A stretch of 17,176 nt of DNA from Gemmatimonadota bacterium (GTDB lineage: Bacteria; Latescibacterota; UBA2968; UBA8231): contig JAYOYH010000079.1 in assembly GCA_038153405.1 (NCBI GenBank), positions 1 through 17,176 of the forward strand. Reading direction: 5' to 3'. A program made the position numbers and the translations under genes. The notes beneath the pieces were generated by a model. That model was not told where the DNA came from. It saw only the letters and a list, made by a program, of their open reading frames with translations, and searched no databases. Positions within the stretch are counted from its first letter, which is position 1, and every line of letters begins with the position of its first letter. Below are positions 15,291 through 17,176 of this stretch, piece by piece.

Positions 15291-16457
15291 CTACTCGCGC
15301 TCTAGCGATAGCGTGTAGAGCCGTTCGTCGGGAACCATGTTCAGGCGCAGGCGGTTTTCCTCTACGACAAAGCGCTCCTGCCCGGCCACCGGCGTTGGCG
15401 TAATGCGCACGCTGCGCACGCCCAGGTCGGAGTTAAACTGAAAATCGAGCGTCAGTGGCTCGTCGTATACGTCGTTGTCCAATCCGTCGCCAATAAAGAG
15501 TTCAAACGAATCGGGCATCTGGTTGCCAAAGAAGCGCGCTATTTGAATGTCTAGGGCATTGCGCTCTTGGATGTAGGCGGCTACGGAGGCCAAGTTGCCG
15601 CTCCAAAAGTCGTTGGCTCTAATAAAGTCGAGATCGCGCACGAACTCGACGTAGGGGTAATAGCCCCATCCCTCCGGATAGCCTATGGAATGGTAGGTCA
15701 TAATGGTCCACGCGCGGCGCCGCAGCGTCTGGATGAGAATGGGCTGCAGCTGGTTGTGCGTGCTCGGATCGCGCGTGCTGGCGTTGCCCATGATGACGGA
15801 GGGCAGGTTGTGCCAGTGATCCGGCTCGCGCACGCCGTCGGCACAGATGTAATAGGCGCTCGGATCGCGCGTGCCGCCGCGTGCGGCGATAAACCCAGCT
15901 TGGCGATTGGCCGCCTGCGTTTGCGCATCGCGGCCGGCAAAGAGCGGGTAGGCGTAGACCTTGGGTTTTAAACCCCAGGCGCGCATCAGGGAAAAGTTGG
16001 TGCGGAACGATTGGTAGGCGGCGTGATAGCCAAGCGCGTCGTGGTCTATGTGCGAGTGACCGTGTCCAAAAAAGCCAATACCGCGCGGCATCAACTCCGT
16101 GCGCATGCGCTGCGTGATGGCGATGCGCTTGAAGTGGGAGAGCTTGTTGCTGACAATCTCCACGTCCATCGACAGACCGCGGGCAATGGCCGCATCCGTG
16201 GCCAGCGAGAAAACGGGATCGATGCCCCATGGCGCATCGTAGGTGATCGACACGGCGGCGCGGCGGCCGTCGCGCCACTTGGGGGCCGTGATGTTAAAGA
16301 CTTCTTGGCCCTGATGGCTGGCGGTGAAGACGGCCGGCGCCGCATCGACGAGCTTGCCGACAGGAACCGGCGCTTCCGGTCCGGCCAGACGGGTCGCATC
16401 TTCGCAGCTACAGAGGGCCAGCAGTAGAGCCAGCGATGATATAAATAGACGCAACAT
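15291..16457 (-). CDS. Polysaccharide deacetylase (CE4/NodB-like) family lipoprotein with a C-terminal beta domain
   Basis: Lipobox-like LCS-C. KWRDGRRAAVSITYD (TFDD-equivalent), HGHSH, YAYP, WTIMTYH, and the C-terminal VAAYIQER...YDEPLTL typical of this subfamily. Confidence 0.82.
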   Translation of the reverse strand: MLRLFISSLALLLALCSCEDATRLAGPEAPVPVGKLVDAAPAVFTASHQGQEVFNITAPKWRDGRRAAVSITYDAPWGIDPVFSLATDAAIARGLSMDVEIVSNKLSHFKRIAITQRMRTELMPRGIGFFGHGHSHIDHDALGYHAAYQSFRTNFSLMRAWGLKPKVYAYPLFAGRDAQTQAANRQAGFIAARGGTRDPSAYYICADGVREPDHWHNLPSVIMGNASTRDPSTHNQLQPILIQTLRRRAWTIMTYHSIGYPEGWGYYPYVEFVRDLDFIRANDFWSGNLASVAAYIQERNALDIQIARFFGNQMPDSFELFIGDGLDNDVYDEPLTLDFQFNSDLGVRSVRITPTPVAGQERFVVEENRLRLNMVPDERLYTLSLERE

Positions 16458-16469
16458 CGTTTTTTTATG

Positions 16470-16486
16470 AGTAGTTAGTAGTTAGT
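16470..16486. repeat. Heptamer tandem repeat (AGTAGTT)x2.4
   Basis: AGTAGTT AGTAGTT AGT read directly from the sequence, just upstream of the 16457 start codon. Confidence 0.6.
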
Positions 16487-16504
16487 CATGCAAAGGTAAT
16501 GAAC

Positions 16505-16521
16505 GGCAGAAGCCTTGCCAA
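16505..16521 (-). promoter_or_regulatory. Putative sigma-54 (-24/-12) promoter for the deacetylase gene
   Basis: The minus strand reads TTGGCAAGGCTTCTGCC, with exact GG-N10-GC spacing and 2 mismatches to TGGCACG-N4-TTGC. It lies about 50 nt upstream of ATG 16457. Confidence 0.45.
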
Positions 16522-16575
16522 ATACGCGGCGTACGGGCCGCCTGTCACTCGTCTGGCCGGTGGCAACGGGGGCCG

Positions 16576-16581
16576 TATAAT
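16576..16581 (+). promoter_or_regulatory. Putative sigma-70 -10 box for the gene at 16666
   Basis: Perfect TATAAT in a GC-rich genome, 84 nt upstream of GTG 16666. The -35 position (CTGGCC) is weak. Confidence 0.4.
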
Positions 16582-16665
16582 GACTTGAGTTAATCATTGG
16601 AGCATCGTACATTTCCAGCCTGTTCGTTTGCGATCATGCCCATCGGCCCCATCAAGGAGTTTGAC

Positions 16666-17176
16666 GTGCGTAGACATCTTCCCGTCTTCACGATACTGCT
16701 CATACTGGCCACCTATGCCGACGCTCAAATCGGCGTATTTAAATTTGGCGGCAGCGGAAACGCTTGGAGCCGCAGTGACAGCAACACGGTCTTCGTCGAT
16801 TTTGACTCCTTTCCCGGCTCCATTGCGCCGATCTATTTCAACGGCGCGGACAATATTCTCGACCAGCTGCCGTTTTGGTCGCCCTTCAAATTTCCGACCG
16901 AACTGGACTACGAAGACGGGCTGATACCCCGCGTGTGGCGCGCCGCCAACGGGTTTTACTGGTATACGGCCGGCACATTGACGACGGAGTGGGTCGACGG
17001 AGACAGTTCGTCCTACAGTCCGCCAGTGCGGCGCGGCATCGAGTCGGAGTGGTACACGTTTGACGTGGGCGTGCCGGTGCCGGCTCACGTCGTGGGTTTT
17101 TACACGCCGCCCACCGGTTTTCGCGCCGACGGCACGCCGCTGAGCGACGATATCTTCAAGGCGTTTGAGGTTTCTA
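16666..17176 (+). CDS. Secreted protein, paralog D of the discoidin/CTD family (3' truncated by the window edge)
   Basis: Not in the ORF track because there is no stop in the window. AAGGAG at 16654-16659, then GTG. Manual translation: MRRHLPVFTILLILATYADA|QIGVFKFGGSGNAWSRSDSNTVFVDFDSFPGSIAPIYFNGADNIL...WVDGDSSSYSPP...WYTFDVGVPVPAHVVGFY...FKAFEVS. This aligns with paralog B (YQLGG..GVPWS...FID..FAPGSIRP...VDGD...FDLGAPFP). Confidence 0.85.
   Translation, partial: MRRHLPVFTILLILATYADAQIGVFKFGGSGNAWSRSDSNTVFVDFDSFPGSIAPIYFNGADNILDQLPFWSPFKFPTELDYEDGLIPRVWRAANGFYWYTAGTLTTEWVDGDSSSYSPPVRRGIESEWYTFDVGVPVPAHVVGFYTPPTGFRADGTPLSDDIFKAFEVS

Noticed and set aside
16594..17088. ORF-track calls 16594-17088 (-), 16628-16924 (+) and 16875-17063 (+)
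   Set aside because: They are superseded by the unlisted + frame from GTG 16666, which has an SD, a signal peptide and paralogy to upstream genes.

Overview
GC-rich bacterial genomic DNA; the protein motifs suggest an FCB-related candidate phylum such as Latescibacterota, which is inference. Bases 34-12060 form a tightly packed, co-oriented six-gene cell-envelope cluster. It encodes three paralogous secreted proteins (discoidin-like domain(s), a conserved 'RSGxD...WSxW...PRR' domain, and a C-terminal (F/L)TPNGDG(I/V)ND...WDG...AY domain resembling T9SS type-B/FlgD-Ig tails). It also encodes an ~890-aa probable outer-membrane beta-barrel with an acidic Ca-binding-like insert, a CBM9/DOMON-like secreted protein ending in 'TAVETSTWGQIK' whose gene is flanked by RNA stem-loops, and a lipoprotein with two degenerate parvulin domains. 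Downstream are a secreted metallophosphoesterase and a PhyH-family dioxygenase (minus strand), a DsbA-like lipoprotein (plus), and a CE4-like lipoprotein (minus). A fourth paralog of the secreted family, missing from the ORF track, starts at 16666 and runs off the window. The cluster is the best candidate for an uncharacterised surface-assembly, secretion or uptake system. No rRNA, tRNA, CRISPR or mobile element was seen.
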